Shown one piece after another: positions 9,680 to 20,303 of a DNA stretch of 64,000 nucleotides. Under the pieces are notes generated by a model that had not been told where the DNA came from, searched no databases, and was given only the letters and a program-made list of their open reading frames with translations. The DNA lies in assembly GCA_037146775.1 (NCBI GenBank), contig JBAWWL010000001.1, positions 197,464-261,463 on the forward strand. Direction: 5' to 3'. The first letter of the stretch is position 1, and each line of letters opens with the position of its first letter. The position numbers and the translations under genes are program-made. Source of the stretch: Candidatus Omnitrophota bacterium. Its GTDB lineage: Bacteria; Omnitrophota; Gorgyraeia; Duberdicusellales; 4484-171.

Positions 9680-10480
9680 ATGAAACCAGATAAAATTTTA
9701 AATTACTTTTCGCTACTCAAACAAAAAGGCAGTATTGGGCAGTCATATCTTTTTATCGGCGACAATTTTGCCGTAGTAGAATCCATCGCCAAGTTGATTA
9801 ATTGCGAAGGGCCACGATGTTTTTGCGGTACGTGTTATAATTGCACGCATATCGCGGCCGGCACGCATCCGGATTTATGTGTTGTTGAACCGAAGCGTTT
9901 GACGATCACCATTGAAGATATCCGGAATTGCCAGCAATTCTTAAGATTGACCAGCTTTCGTGCACCATACAAAGTAGTGATTGTCAGGGGAGCCCAACAC
10001 TTCGGGGAAGAGGCGGCGAATGCGTTTCTTAAAACACTGGAAGAACCGCCGAAGCATTCCTTCATCGCGATATGTACTTCTAAGCTGGACGGTATGCTTC
10101 CAACTATCATATCACGCTGTCGCAAAATATTTCTTCCTTGTGATTCGGCGGCTACACAGCTTCAAGTTTCTGCGCTCATCCCGCAGTTTTTAAAAGGAGA
10201 GAAGCCGGCATTCAAGGATCGTAACGATTTTGCCGCTTTCATATGGACATTCGTTGTTTTTTTCCGCGATTATCTCGTCAATGACGCCATAGGAGGCGTT
10301 AACAACCGTTTGCTTAAAATTCAAGATTATGAGATAATTCTAACCCTTTTGAAAGGCAGAAAGAAATATAGCGCAGTAGAAGCGCAGGCTTTTATTGCCG
10401 AAATGCTCAAGATATACGGGGCGCACAGCAGTGTCAACGAGAATTTGGCATTACAGTTAATAAAGATGAGGTTGCAATGA
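9680..10480 (+). CDS. holB: DNA polymerase III delta-prime subunit
   Basis: Zn motif CGTCYNC...HPD, AANAFLKTLEEPP, LPTIISRC; follows tmk. Confidence 0.88.
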   Translation: MKPDKILNYFSLLKQKGSIGQSYLFIGDNFAVVESIAKLINCEGPRCFCGTCYNCTHIAAGTHPDLCVVEPKRLTITIEDIRNCQQFLRLTSFRAPYKVVIVRGAQHFGEEAANAFLKTLEEPPKHSFIAICTSKLDGMLPTIISRCRKIFLPCDSAATQLQVSALIPQFLKGEKPAFKDRNDFAAFIWTFVVFFRDYLVNDAIGGVNNRLLKIQDYEIILTLLKGRKKYSAVEAQAFIAEMLKIYGAHSSVNENLALQLIKMRLQ

Positions 10481-11298
10481 AAGTAGCATTAGTAAGGTTG
10501 AGGGGTGCAGGACAGCTTGTTACGTATAAAATTGACGAGGGGGTTGTGATCGGTGATTACGTTATTGTCGAAGCCGACCGCGGTACTGATTACGGCGAGG
10601 TTGTCGAGATTAGCGATGTTGAATGTTCCTGTCCGGCAAAAAACGGCACTGCCGGCGAAGCAGCCGCTAAAAATATCATGCGTAAAGCTTCCGAGAGCGA
10701 TGTGAAACAGATTAAGGAGAACGATGCACAGGCCAAAGAGGCAATGCGCCAGTGCAGCCGTAAAATAGAGGAATATAAACTTTCAATGAAGCTTGTGGAT
10801 GCCGAATATTCGTTTGACCGTAAAAAAATTGTTTTCTATTTTACTTCTGATACGCGGGTAGATTTCAGAGAGTTGGTAAAAGATCTGGCAAAAGTTTTCA
10901 AGATACGGATAGAGATGCGCCAAATCGGGGTAAGGGATGAGGCGCGGCTTTTTGGAGGAGTAGGCCCCTGCGGCCAGACGCTTTGTTGCGTGCGGTTTCT
11001 AAAGAATTTTGAGCCGGTTAGTATGAAGATGGCAAAAACACAAAAACTTCCTTTGAGCTCCGGCAAAATTTCCGGTATTTGCGGCAGGCTCATGTGTTGT
11101 CTTTTCTACGAATATAAAACATACAAAGAGCTTTCAAAGGGATTACCAAAAGAGGGAGACATGGTGGAAACATCCGAAGGTAAGGGTAAGGTTATCTCTG
11201 TCAATGTGCTCAGGCGCATCGCTTACGCGCAGCTCGAAGATGGCAGGATAGAAAAGATGGTGTTTCCGCCTCTTTCAGAAGACAAAAAGAATGAGTAA
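10477..11298 (+). CDS. PSP1-domain protein (YaaT/RicT family)
   Basis: RVDFRELVKDLA, RQIGVRDEA, GPCGQTLCC, KISGICGRLMCCL. Confidence 0.93.
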   Translation: MKVALVRLRGAGQLVTYKIDEGVVIGDYVIVEADRGTDYGEVVEISDVECSCPAKNGTAGEAAAKNIMRKASESDVKQIKENDAQAKEAMRQCSRKIEEYKLSMKLVDAEYSFDRKKIVFYFTSDTRVDFRELVKDLAKVFKIRIEMRQIGVRDEARLFGGVGPCGQTLCCVRFLKNFEPVSMKMAKTQKLPLSSGKISGICGRLMCCLFYEYKTYKELSKGLPKEGDMVETSEGKGKVISVNVLRRIAYAQLEDGRIEKMVFPPLSEDKKNE

Positions 11299-12826
11299 AT
11301 TTTATCTCACTACTCCCATCTATTATGTGAATGCTTCCGCTCACGTTGGCCACGCCTATACGACTATTATTAGCGACTGCATGGCGCGATTCAAGCGTAT
11401 CAAGGGTGACGAGGTATTCTTTCTCACCGGCACCGATGAACACGGAGAAAAAATAAGAAAAGCCGCCGAAGCAAAAGGCCAGGATCCTCAGGGTTTTGTG
11501 GATGAGATCGTGGGTAATTTCATCCAGCTGTGGAAAACTTTGCATATTTCCTATGATTGCTTTGTCCGGACCACGCAGGATTCTCATATTCGCGTTGTTC
11601 AGGAAGCCATCCGTATCCTGTACGAGAAAGGAGATATCTATAAAGCAAGTTATCGGGCTTTTTATTGTATGCCGTGCGAATGTTTCTGGACGGAATCTCA
11701 AGTGAAGGAAGCGGGGGGATGTCCCGACTGTAAAAGGTCCGTTGAGAAAATCGAGGAAGAAAACTATTTTTTTGCTTTATCCAAATACGAACAATGGCTG
11801 CGGCAGTATTTGAACGAGCATCCGCAATGTATCAAACCAAAAATACGCTACAACGAGGTAATGGGATTCTTGGAGAATAATAAATTGAATGATTTATGTA
11901 TTTCCCGTCCCAAAAAGAGAGTTTCTTGGGGGATTAATTTTCCTTTCGATGAGCAGTATGTTGTCTACGTATGGTTTGACGCCCTACTTAACTATATCAG
12001 CGCGGCGGGATTCCATCTCGATCAGAAGAAATTTACTGCCTATTGGCCGGCTGATATTCATTTTATGGCCAAAGATATTCTAAAACAACATGCGGTATTT
12101 TGGCCGATCATGCTTAAGGCGCTCGATCTCCAACCGCCCCGGGTGGTTTTTGCCCACGGGTGGTGGAAAATGGGAGATGAAAAAATGTCCAAATCGCGGG
12201 GGAACATTGTCAACCCGCTTGAAGTTATCACGCAACTTGGCGGCGGCGATTCCGGGGTAGATGCGTTACGTTATTTTCTTTTGCGGGAAGTACCTATTGG
12301 TATGGATGGAAACTTTTCTTGGAAAGCGCTTATCGGCCGTACCAATAGTGACCTGGCCAACGATCTCGGTAATCTTGTCTATCGCACGCTTAACATGGTG
12401 GAGAAGTATTACAACGGCCACCTAGAAGCTTCTCGCGCAATGCCTGATGAATTCAAAGAGCCCTTGGCGGCACTTACTGTCCGTTATATAGCGTTGATGG
12501 ATGAAAGCGATTTTCCCGGCACTTTAGAATGTATTTTTAAGTTTATCAGCGTTATGAATAAATATATCGAAGATACGAAGCCGTGGGTATTATGGAAAGA
12601 AAAAAAAGAAAATGAAATCAAGGAGTTCTTGTACGCACTTTTAGAGGGAATACGAATAATCGCCGTCTATCTTTATCCTTTTATGCCCGCTACCGCTATT
12701 TCTATAAGACGCCAGTTAGGCATTGCCGATCCTTCTTCTTTTTTCATCTCGCAGGCACAATGGAGTATGGCGGATAATTTTATTACTAAAAAAGAACAGC
12801 CTCTTTTCCCCCGCCTCGAGGATTAG
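11291..12826 (+). CDS. metG: Methionine--tRNA ligase (short form, no C-terminal tRNA-binding domain)
   Basis: TTPIYYVN..HVGHAY, GTDEHG, YVWFDAL, KMSKS. Confidence 0.97.
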   Translation: MSKFYLTTPIYYVNASAHVGHAYTTIISDCMARFKRIKGDEVFFLTGTDEHGEKIRKAAEAKGQDPQGFVDEIVGNFIQLWKTLHISYDCFVRTTQDSHIRVVQEAIRILYEKGDIYKASYRAFYCMPCECFWTESQVKEAGGCPDCKRSVEKIEEENYFFALSKYEQWLRQYLNEHPQCIKPKIRYNEVMGFLENNKLNDLCISRPKKRVSWGINFPFDEQYVVYVWFDALLNYISAAGFHLDQKKFTAYWPADIHFMAKDILKQHAVFWPIMLKALDLQPPRVVFAHGWWKMGDEKMSKSRGNIVNPLEVITQLGGGDSGVDALRYFLLREVPIGMDGNFSWKALIGRTNSDLANDLGNLVYRTLNMVEKYYNGHLEASRAMPDEFKEPLAALTVRYIALMDESDFPGTLECIFKFISVMNKYIEDTKPWVLWKEKKENEIKEFLYALLEGIRIIAVYLYPFMPATAISIRRQLGIADPSSFFISQAQWSMADNFITKKEQPLFPRLED

Positions 12827-12901
12827 CTTTAGCGAGCATGCGCATTGACTTGTGACAACGTGTTGGATGAAAGGGTATGAATTTACACAACAACGCATGA
12901 G

Positions 12902-13654
12902 GTGATTAAGGTGTTTGTAGACGCTCACTGCCATATTAACGCACTTCCTCCCGTTACACGCCAGGCTTTGACCCCTACCTTAACTTCTCTGGGTATCTGT
13001 ATTGATTCCAGTATAAATTGCGTTACTACGATTGAATCTTTAAGCCTTTCTTCGCAGCTGGAGCGGGTGTATTCCTCTATCGGCTTCCATCCCTTTTGTG
13101 CGCAGGAATTCAGCATTGATATACTTACCACGTACAAAAATTTTATCAGCCAGAACAGTAAAATTGTTGCTATCGGAGAAATCGGTTTAGACGAGAAAGC
13201 GCAAGCTCCTTTATCGCAGCAAGAAGCGGTATTACGGGAATTCTTGAGGCTTGCCAAAGAAACCGGTTTGCCCGTTATTATCCATAACCGGTTATCGGGC
13301 GACGGCATATTAGGTATCTTAAACGATTTTTTCCCTTCCTACGAGAAAGTTATTTTCCACTGTTTTTCTTACGATTCAGAGTTACTGCATGCGGTCGTCG
13401 CTAAAGGAGCGTATGTTTCCTTTTCTTTAAATGTCCTGCGTAAACAAACGAGAGTGTTACAATCATTAGTCGCCTGCCCTCTAGAGCGGATGCTTCTTGA
13501 AACAGATTCTCCTTATATGAAAATAAACCAGCAGCCTTCCACCCCTTTTGATATAAAAACGCTCTATGAGTTTGTAGCGTCATTACGAAAAATAGACCGG
13601 GAAGAGTTTGCGCGCAATATTTTGTTAAACGCTAAAAAGTTTTTTTCTTTATGA
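12902..13654 (+). CDS. tatD: TatD family nuclease
   Basis: DAHCH, GFHP, AIGEIGLD, IIHNR, FHCFS, LETDSPY. Confidence 0.92.
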   Translation: MIKVFVDAHCHINALPPVTRQALTPTLTSLGICIDSSINCVTTIESLSLSSQLERVYSSIGFHPFCAQEFSIDILTTYKNFISQNSKIVAIGEIGLDEKAQAPLSQQEAVLREFLRLAKETGLPVIIHNRLSGDGILGILNDFFPSYEKVIFHCFSYDSELLHAVVAKGAYVSFSLNVLRKQTRVLQSLVACPLERMLLETDSPYMKINQQPSTPFDIKTLYEFVASLRKIDREEFARNILLNAKKFFSL

Positions 13655-14769
13655 AGAGAGTGGTTATCCTTAAGATAGGAACATATGATTTCAAAGTGCT
13701 GAAAGACCGTATTGGCGCAAGTATCGATAAGTACTTTTTACCGGCGAAGCTTTTTTCTCCTGCAGACAAGGTTTTGTTGAAGCCAAATCTTCTTATGCCG
13801 GCATCTCCAGAGGAAGCAATAGTAACCCATCCGGTTTTTGTCGAGGCGGTTGGTTGTATTTTGAAAGAGATGGGCTGTACGGTAGCTATCGGCGATAGCC
13901 CCGGGGGGCTGGTAGACAACCCAGATATGGATGTTATTTATGAAACCACCCAATTGAAGCGCGTTGCCGAGGAAAGAGGCTTTGAGCTTCTTTATCCCAA
14001 AGAAAGTGTCGTGAGACAAGGTTTGCCTTTGTGCCGATGGGTCGATGATTTTAAGATGGTAAATCTCCCAAAGCTTAAAACCCATGATATAATGATGTTG
14101 ACTTTGGCGGTAAAAAATCTTTACGGTTGTATCAGCGGATTGCATAAGAGTTATTTGCATCGGATGTATCCCAAAGCCGACTATTTTACCGAAATACTGA
14201 TACAGCTTTACAAGATGATTAGGCCAACATTGCATGTTGTTGACGGTATACTTGCGCTCCAGGGCCACGGCCCGGCTAAGGGAGGAAAACCCCGGGCATT
14301 GGGGTTGGTGGCAATAGGAGACGATGCTTTGGCTACGGATTATGCGATTGCAAAACTGCTGGGGTTGCAGGAAGACAATAACCCCTTAATGAAGAAGGCA
14401 AAGCAGTATGGCCTTATATCTGGCGATAACATAGAGATAATTTCTGAGATAGGCGATCATGAAATAAAAAACTTTAAGTTTCCCGCGCCGTTCATTCTTA
14501 ATGCGATCCCTGACCCCTTGTTGGTGCCTCTTAAGGCATTTTTTTCGTTTAGGCCTGCTGTTTCCGAAAAAAAGTGTACCGGATGCGGGTTTTGTAAAAC
14601 GGTTTGTCCTCAAGGGGCTATAGACTTACAAAAAGGAAAAGCCTGTATTGATTATACTAAATGTATCATGTGTATGTGTTGTTCGGAGATGTGCCGCTTT
14701 GGCGCGGTAAATGTGGCAGAGGGGATGTTGTTAAAAGTTGTTAAAACTATACGCCAATGTTTTCGATAA
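13651..14769 (+). CDS. DUF362 protein with C-terminal 2x[4Fe-4S] ferredoxin domain
   Basis: LLKPNLL, THP, PKLKTH, AVKNLYG, GHGP plus two CxxCxxCxxxC motifs. Confidence 0.88.
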   Translation: MKRVVILKIGTYDFKVLKDRIGASIDKYFLPAKLFSPADKVLLKPNLLMPASPEEAIVTHPVFVEAVGCILKEMGCTVAIGDSPGGLVDNPDMDVIYETTQLKRVAEERGFELLYPKESVVRQGLPLCRWVDDFKMVNLPKLKTHDIMMLTLAVKNLYGCISGLHKSYLHRMYPKADYFTEILIQLYKMIRPTLHVVDGILALQGHGPAKGGKPRALGLVAIGDDALATDYAIAKLLGLQEDNNPLMKKAKQYGLISGDNIEIISEIGDHEIKNFKFPAPFILNAIPDPLLVPLKAFFSFRPAVSEKKCTGCGFCKTVCPQGAIDLQKGKACIDYTKCIMCMCCSEMCRFGAVNVAEGMLLKVVKTIRQCFR

Positions 14770-15791
14770 AGTTTAAAAATAACCGCCTGTTTTATCTTGA
14801 TCAGACCAAACTCCCTTTAAAAGAAGTCTGGAAAGAATGTAGAACTGCCCGCGAAGGCTATTTTGCCATTACACAGCTGCAGGTGCGCGGAGCTCCTCTC
14901 ATAGGGGTATTTGCGGGGTATGCTATGTTTATCGCCGCCAAATCTTTTTCGGGCCAAAAGAATTTATTTCTGAAGCAATTCTCCGCGACGCTTGCGTATC
15001 TTCGTTCGTCCCGGCCGACTGCAGTTAATTTATTCTGGGCATTAGAACGGATAGAAAAGGTTGTGTGGCGATGCGGTCATGAAAATGTTATTTATCTACG
15101 GCAGGCGATTTTGAAAGAAGCCATAGCGATTCATCGTGAAGATGTACGGCTTTGTGAGCGTATGGCCGGCTATGGCGTCTCGCTTATTCATAAAAGAGAC
15201 ACCATTCTTACGCACTGTAATTCCGGTTTCTTAGCCACTTCCGGTGAGGGCACGGCTTTAGCGGTTATCTATGAGGCGCATAAACGGCATAAGGGTATAC
15301 ATGTCTATGCGGATGAAACGCGGCCGCTTTTACAGGGTGCGCGGTTAACCGCCTGGGAACTAACTAAGCGAAAAGTCCCCTGTACGCTCATCTGCGACAA
15401 CATGGCCGCTTCTTTAATGCAGCGTGGTTTGATCAGCAAGGTATTTGTTGGAGCGGATAGGATTGCGGCTAATGGCGACGCCGCAAACAAAATCGGAACG
15501 TATAATGTTGCGGTTATTGCCCATTATCACCATATTCCTTTTTATGTGGTGGCACCTTTCAGCACGTTTGATTTGACGTTATCCGCAGGCAGCCGTATCC
15601 CCATTGAACAGCGAGCGGCTGATGAGTTGCGGCGGTTATTCTTTAAAACACCTGTTGCTGCCAGGAATGTGAGAGTGTACAATCCGGCCTTTGATGTTAC
15701 TCCGGCTTGCCTGATCAGTGCAATCGTAAGCGATAAAGGTATTATATATCCACCGTATACGCAGAATATATCAAAAACGCTACGTACATGA
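14757..15791 (+). CDS. mtnA: S-methyl-5-thioribose-1-phosphate isomerase
   Basis: LDQTKLP, VRGAPLIG, RPTAVNL, THCNSG.LAT, ETRPLLQGARLT, NKIGTY, NPAFDVTP. Confidence 0.96.
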   Translation: MFSIKFKNNRLFYLDQTKLPLKEVWKECRTAREGYFAITQLQVRGAPLIGVFAGYAMFIAAKSFSGQKNLFLKQFSATLAYLRSSRPTAVNLFWALERIEKVVWRCGHENVIYLRQAILKEAIAIHREDVRLCERMAGYGVSLIHKRDTILTHCNSGFLATSGEGTALAVIYEAHKRHKGIHVYADETRPLLQGARLTAWELTKRKVPCTLICDNMAASLMQRGLISKVFVGADRIAANGDAANKIGTYNVAVIAHYHHIPFYVVAPFSTFDLTLSAGSRIPIEQRAADELRRLFFKTPVAARNVRVYNPAFDVTPACLISAIVSDKGIIYPPYTQNISKTLRT

Positions 15792-16636
15792 AGGAACTTG
15801 AGTGGGTCGATTTTTTAAAACGTACCGTCAAAAACAGAAAAGATGTTCTTGTCGGTATTGGCGATGATTGCGCTTTAGTAAAAATTGGCCAGGAAAAAGC
15901 GCTGTTAAAAAGCGATTTGTTTATCGAAGGTGTTCATTTCCGGTTGCCCGATATGTCCTTTCGGACAATTGGTATGCGCGCAATAGCCAGGGTACTTTCC
16001 GATATTGCCGCTTGCGGTGGTACTCCGAAATTTATCGGTATATCTTTGGGGCTGCCTGGTTATATCGCAGAAAAAAGCTTGCGAGAAATAGTTGCGGGTG
16101 TTAATCAGAGCGCCAAAAGGTATATGTTTTCTTTTGTGGGCGGAGATACGTCAAGGGCTCCCCGGTTGTTTTTGGATGTCTGGGCGCTCGCCACCGTACA
16201 CAAATGTATATTACGCAGCCAAGCCAAAGTCGGCGATTATATTTTTATAACCGGAACACTTGGTGCGAGAAATTTCTCTGATACGTTCGAGCCGCGCCTG
16301 AAAGATTCGCGTTATCTCGCTGGTAATTTTAAAGTGCACGCGATGATCGATATTTCCGACGGTTTCTTGGTCGATCTTTATAGGATCTTAAAAGAGAGCG
16401 GCAAGGGTGCACTGCTTTACAAGGAACACATACCGGTTACTCACGGCGACGCGGACTATTATAGGGGCGAAGATTACGAGTTGCTTTTTACGGTCGACGA
16501 GAAAGAACCCCGGCTTCGTATGTTAAAAAAAAGATTTTACTGCGTTGGCCGCATTATGGAAAAACGTTATGGATATAAGATGCGAGTCGGCTCAAAGGTA
16601 CGCGTTGTAGAGCCGAAAGGCTATATGCATTTCTAA
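15788..16636 (+). CDS. thiL: Thiamine-monophosphate kinase
   Basis: GIGDDCA, EGVHF, SDIAACGG, GGDT, IDISDG, GEDYELLFT. Confidence 0.95.
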   Translation: MKELEWVDFLKRTVKNRKDVLVGIGDDCALVKIGQEKALLKSDLFIEGVHFRLPDMSFRTIGMRAIARVLSDIAACGGTPKFIGISLGLPGYIAEKSLREIVAGVNQSAKRYMFSFVGGDTSRAPRLFLDVWALATVHKCILRSQAKVGDYIFITGTLGARNFSDTFEPRLKDSRYLAGNFKVHAMIDISDGFLVDLYRILKESGKGALLYKEHIPVTHGDADYYRGEDYELLFTVDEKEPRLRMLKKRFYCVGRIMEKRYGYKMRVGSKVRVVEPKGYMHF

Positions 16637-16709
16637 GATTTCGAGAGCGTTTTCGGCCGTATCCGGCGCTCTGTTGTGTGGATAGTTTGTTTAGAGAGGG
16701 GATAGCAGC

Positions 16710-17156
16710 GTGATGAAGCGAATGACCACATATTCCGCAAAAGACACAGCGGTGTTGGGTGCGAAATTCGCCCGTATGCTCAAAGAACGCGACGTGGTGA
16801 TTTTGGAGGGCGTGTTGGGAGGAGGAAAGACCACTTTTATCCGGGGTATTCTGGCCGGCCTTGGCTGTAGATCGCGAGTCCTTAGCCCTTCGTTTACTCT
16901 CCTGCGCCACTATAAAAAAAATAAAATACATATCTGTCATGCCGATCTGTACCGTATCAAGGCAAAGGATATCATTGGGCTTGGCCTTGAAGATTATTTA
17001 TATAGCCCTTCGACCATTACCTTTATAGAGTGGGGAGAAAAAATTGAGCGGTATTTACCGCGCTGCATTAAGATAAGATTTTCTTTTTTAAGCGAGGCCC
17101 GCCGCGCAATAGTATTTTCAATCAAAGGCTATCCCCGCCGCCGGCTTACGATATAA
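16710..17156 (+). CDS. tsaE: tRNA threonylcarbamoyladenosine biosynthesis ATPase TsaE
   Basis: LEGVLGGGKTTF, SPSFTL, HADLYR, IEWGE. Confidence 0.95.
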   Translation: MMKRMTTYSAKDTAVLGAKFARMLKERDVVILEGVLGGGKTTFIRGILAGLGCRSRVLSPSFTLLRHYKKNKIHICHADLYRIKAKDIIGLGLEDYLYSPSTITFIEWGEKIERYLPRCIKIRFSFLSEARRAIVFSIKGYPRRRLTI

Positions 17157-17162
17157 AAAATT

Positions 17163-17834
17163 ATGAATGTACTGGCAATAGAGACGTCTTCGGCCAATCT
17201 TTCCTTTAGCGCGATGTGTCAGGATCGTATCGTAGTTAATTATAATCGTCGCCTTCGCTTTGGCGCGTCAAAAATTATCCTTTATCTCGAAAAAAGCCTT
17301 AAGCAGGCTTCTCTTGATTTCGGTGATTTTGACGCCTTTATTATCGGCAGTGGTCCTGGGTCATTTACGGGTTTGAGGATATCGTTTGCTTTGGTAAAGG
17401 CGTTTGCTTTGGCGTTGCAAAAGCCGGTGATAGCGATACCAAGTTTTTATGCTGTTGCGTATCCTTTTGCCGCGCAGCATCGGCGTATTACGGTTATCGC
17501 CGATGCCCGTCGAGACTTGGTGTATACCGGATCATTTACGGTAGAAAGAGGAGTGTTGCGTAGCGAGGGGCACACACAACTTATGAAGCTTGAAGAATGT
17601 ATTGGGCGCAGAAAAGATTATTTTTTTCTAACCTACGACCATTCAATACGGCAAAAAGCACTGGCGCAGTATCCTCGCATGCATTTTCATCGGACCGATT
17701 GCTATCCTTGCGCGAAACATCTTTGCTTTATCGGGAAAGATTATTATAATAAAAAAAGGTTTACCCCTGTATCAAGATTGGAGCCGTTATATCTTCATCC
17801 GAAAACGTGCCAAATTGTAAATCGCGTACCGTAA
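17163..17834 (+). CDS. tsaB: tRNA threonylcarbamoyladenosine biosynthesis protein TsaB
   Basis: LAIETSS, GPGSFTGLRI, DARR, EPLYL. Confidence 0.94.
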   Translation: MNVLAIETSSANLSFSAMCQDRIVVNYNRRLRFGASKIILYLEKSLKQASLDFGDFDAFIIGSGPGSFTGLRISFALVKAFALALQKPVIAIPSFYAVAYPFAAQHRRITVIADARRDLVYTGSFTVERGVLRSEGHTQLMKLEECIGRRKDYFFLTYDHSIRQKALAQYPRMHFHRTDCYPCAKHLCFIGKDYYNKKRFTPVSRLEPLYLHPKTCQIVNRVP

Positions 17835-17899
17835 CTGTCGGTTGTTAACCATCATGATACAATAAACGGCATCCGACGAACGGTGGAGGAAAAAAAGAA

Positions 17900-19024
17900 A
17901 TGTTTAGGCCGCTATGGATAGAAATTGACCTGCGTGCGCTGCGCAAGAATTTTAAAATTATTAAAGATATTGTTGGGGAAAGGACCAAGATCATTGCTAC
18001 CGTAAAACAATTCGCCTATGGGCATGGTTTAGTTCCGGTTGCCAGAGAGTTGTCGGCGATGGGGGTTGCGTATTTTGGCCTTGGTAGCATCGAAGAGGGT
18101 ATTATTTTGCGCTCAGCCGGATTCAAAGAGCGAATGCTGGTTTTGACCGCCGTTTTACCGCAATTTGCCGAGTATTTTCTGCGTTATAACATAACGCCTG
18201 CAATCGTGGATATCGACTTTGCCAGAAAAATTAATGCTGTTGCGAAAAAAAAAGGTATAGTTTTCCCCGTGCATGTCAAAATTGATACTGGTATGGGCCG
18301 ACTTGGGCCTTACTATAAAGATGCTTACCGGTTTGTCAGGGAACTGTCAGCCTTTAAGCATATTGCGCTGGAAGGCGTATTCACGCATTTTCCCAATGCC
18401 GACGCGGATACGGAGTTTACTATTTATCAAATCAGTGTTTTTAATGATTTTATCGCTACGCTAAAAAAAGAAGGAATATCTTTCCAACACCAACATTGTG
18501 CGAACAGTATCGGTATCATGTGTTACCCCTATTCGCATTTTACCATGGTCAGGCCCGGTCTGATGCTTTACGGAATACGGCCGTCGCCGGACATTGATTT
18601 TACCCTGCAGCCTGTACTTTCCTTGAAGTCGAAAATAGTTTTTATTAAGAAAATAACCAAAGGAATGACGGTAAGTTACGGCCGGACCTATGTAGCCAAA
18701 AAATCATCGCTTGTGGCAACGGTAGCGATTGGTTACGCCGATGGTTATCCCTGGAGCCTGTCCAACCGTGCGAAAGTGATTATCAAGGATAGCTTTTTCA
18801 ATGTAGTAGGAAGGGTGTGCATGGATCACGTGATGGTCAATCTCGGTAACCGGGAGGATATTAAAGTCGGCGAAGAGGTGATTTTGATCGGTAAAAAAAA
18901 TACCTTGCAAATCAGTGCGGAAGAAATTTCCTTGTGGGCAAAAACCATACCGTATGAAATAGTCAGCCGTCTCTCGTTGAGAATCCCGCGTACGTATAAA
19001 TATGCACGTTCGGGTAGGGGCTAG
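17900..19024 (+). CDS. alr: Alanine racemase
   Basis: VK..AYGHG, HVKIDTGMGRLG, RPG..LYG, GYADG, GRVCMD, TIPYE. Confidence 0.97.
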   Translation: MFRPLWIEIDLRALRKNFKIIKDIVGERTKIIATVKQFAYGHGLVPVARELSAMGVAYFGLGSIEEGIILRSAGFKERMLVLTAVLPQFAEYFLRYNITPAIVDIDFARKINAVAKKKGIVFPVHVKIDTGMGRLGPYYKDAYRFVRELSAFKHIALEGVFTHFPNADADTEFTIYQISVFNDFIATLKKEGISFQHQHCANSIGIMCYPYSHFTMVRPGLMLYGIRPSPDIDFTLQPVLSLKSKIVFIKKITKGMTVSYGRTYVAKKSSLVATVAIGYADGYPWSLSNRAKVIIKDSFFNVVGRVCMDHVMVNLGNREDIKVGEEVILIGKKNTLQISAEEISLWAKTIPYEIVSRLSLRIPRTYKYARSGRG

Positions 19025-19214
19025 GAGTTAAAGATGGGTGTTTAGCTTGCCCGTAACCAAAATTTTTTAGTTTGAACGCTACCGTTTAGATAAATCCAGC
19101 CCCTTAATTTTTGTGTTTTTCCTGCCCATAATTAAGTAACTATAAGAATACAAGATGGGTTTTGAATGCGGATGGTTCTTCGGTCAACCCGACACGAATG
19201 CGCGATGGCAAGTT

Positions 19215-20303
19215 TTACTTTATGAAGATGAGCCCGCTTACGCCGACCGCTAAAAAGAATAGCGGAGCAAGCCATGGGGCAAAGATTGGAAGTATTGCTC
19301 CGCCTTTTCCCAGAGCAATGCTGAAATACATAAAGGTGTAGTAAATAAAGCCGAACATAATCCCTACCCCCAAGGAAGAAAACGCCGCCCGGCGTTTCTT
19401 GATTTCTAAAGCAAAAGGGAGTGTCCCCATGATAATAAAAAAAGGCGAGAGCGGTTCCACGAGCCTGCGGTGGTAGTCAATTATCAGGTGTGCCAATTTG
19501 TCGTACGCTCTTATTCTTTTTAACTGCAGGATATCTTTTTTCAGCTTTTTAAGCGAAGAGAATTGGAAGAAAAGGCTTTTTTTGAGCGTCAAGGTTTCCG
19601 GTTTTTCTTCCAGCGGGATCATTTTTTCTTTCCAGTAAGCCGGGGCTGCCGTGATATTCCCTTTCTCGTCGAGTTGGTATTCGATGAGTTCGTAGGCTTT
19701 CCAGCGGCTCTGTTCGTAGATGAGATATTTACAAATAGTTTTCTTCGAAACATTTTTTTCTTCATTTTCTTCAAAAATCATAACATCTTGAAACATCTTT
19801 TTGTGGGGTATATATTTCCCGGAAAAAAAAATGGCATTTCCCGAGGAGAACGCGATATTTGTTTCTTCGGTTGAGGGGGCAAAATTCTTTTTTATAAAAC
19901 GCATCCGGATATCTTCTACTTTTTTCTGTGAAGTTATAAGAATCCTTTCCTGTATGACAAGCGATGCCCCAGAAATGACAATAGCAAAGAATATTACCGG
20001 AAACGACATATTAAATACGCTTATGCCGGAAGCGCGCATACTCAAGACTTCATTATTCCGGTTAAGCTCTCCAAAAGTATAAAAGACGCTTATCGCTATG
20101 GAAAAAGGGCTTACGGTAAGATATATGAGAGGAAGCATATTAAGATAGAATTGTACCAGCGTCATGGCGGGCGGTTTTGCTTTGAGGATATCGGAAAGAT
20201 TCGTTGATATATCGATAATAAAATAGAGGCAGATAAATACGAGGAGGATAAACACGTACGTCGAGATTATGTTTTTTAGAATATATTTATCTAAAATGCG
20301 CAT
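19215..20303 (-). CDS. lptG: LPS export ABC transporter permease LptG (YjgP/YjgQ family)
   Basis: 3 TM + periplasmic domain + 3 TM; GEL.RNNE..SMRASGIS; second of a tandem pair. Confidence 0.85.
   Translation of the reverse strand: MRILDKYILKNIISTYVFILLVFICLYFIIDISTNLSDILKAKPPAMTLVQFYLNMLPLIYLTVSPFSIAISVFYTFGELNRNNEVLSMRASGISVFNMSFPVIFFAIVISGASLVIQERILITSQKKVEDIRMRFIKKNFAPSTEETNIAFSSGNAIFFSGKYIPHKKMFQDVMIFEENEEKNVSKKTICKYLIYEQSRWKAYELIEYQLDEKGNITAAPAYWKEKMIPLEEKPETLTLKKSLFFQFSSLKKLKKDILQLKRIRAYDKLAHLIIDYHRRLVEPLSPFFIIMGTLPFALEIKKRRAAFSSLGVGIMFGFIYYTFMYFSIALGKGGAILPIFAPWLAPLFFLAVGVSGLIFIK

Noticed and set aside
19025-19214. sRNA or small ORF between convergent alr and lptG
   Set aside because: Only a 16-codon minus-strand ORF and no convincing structure
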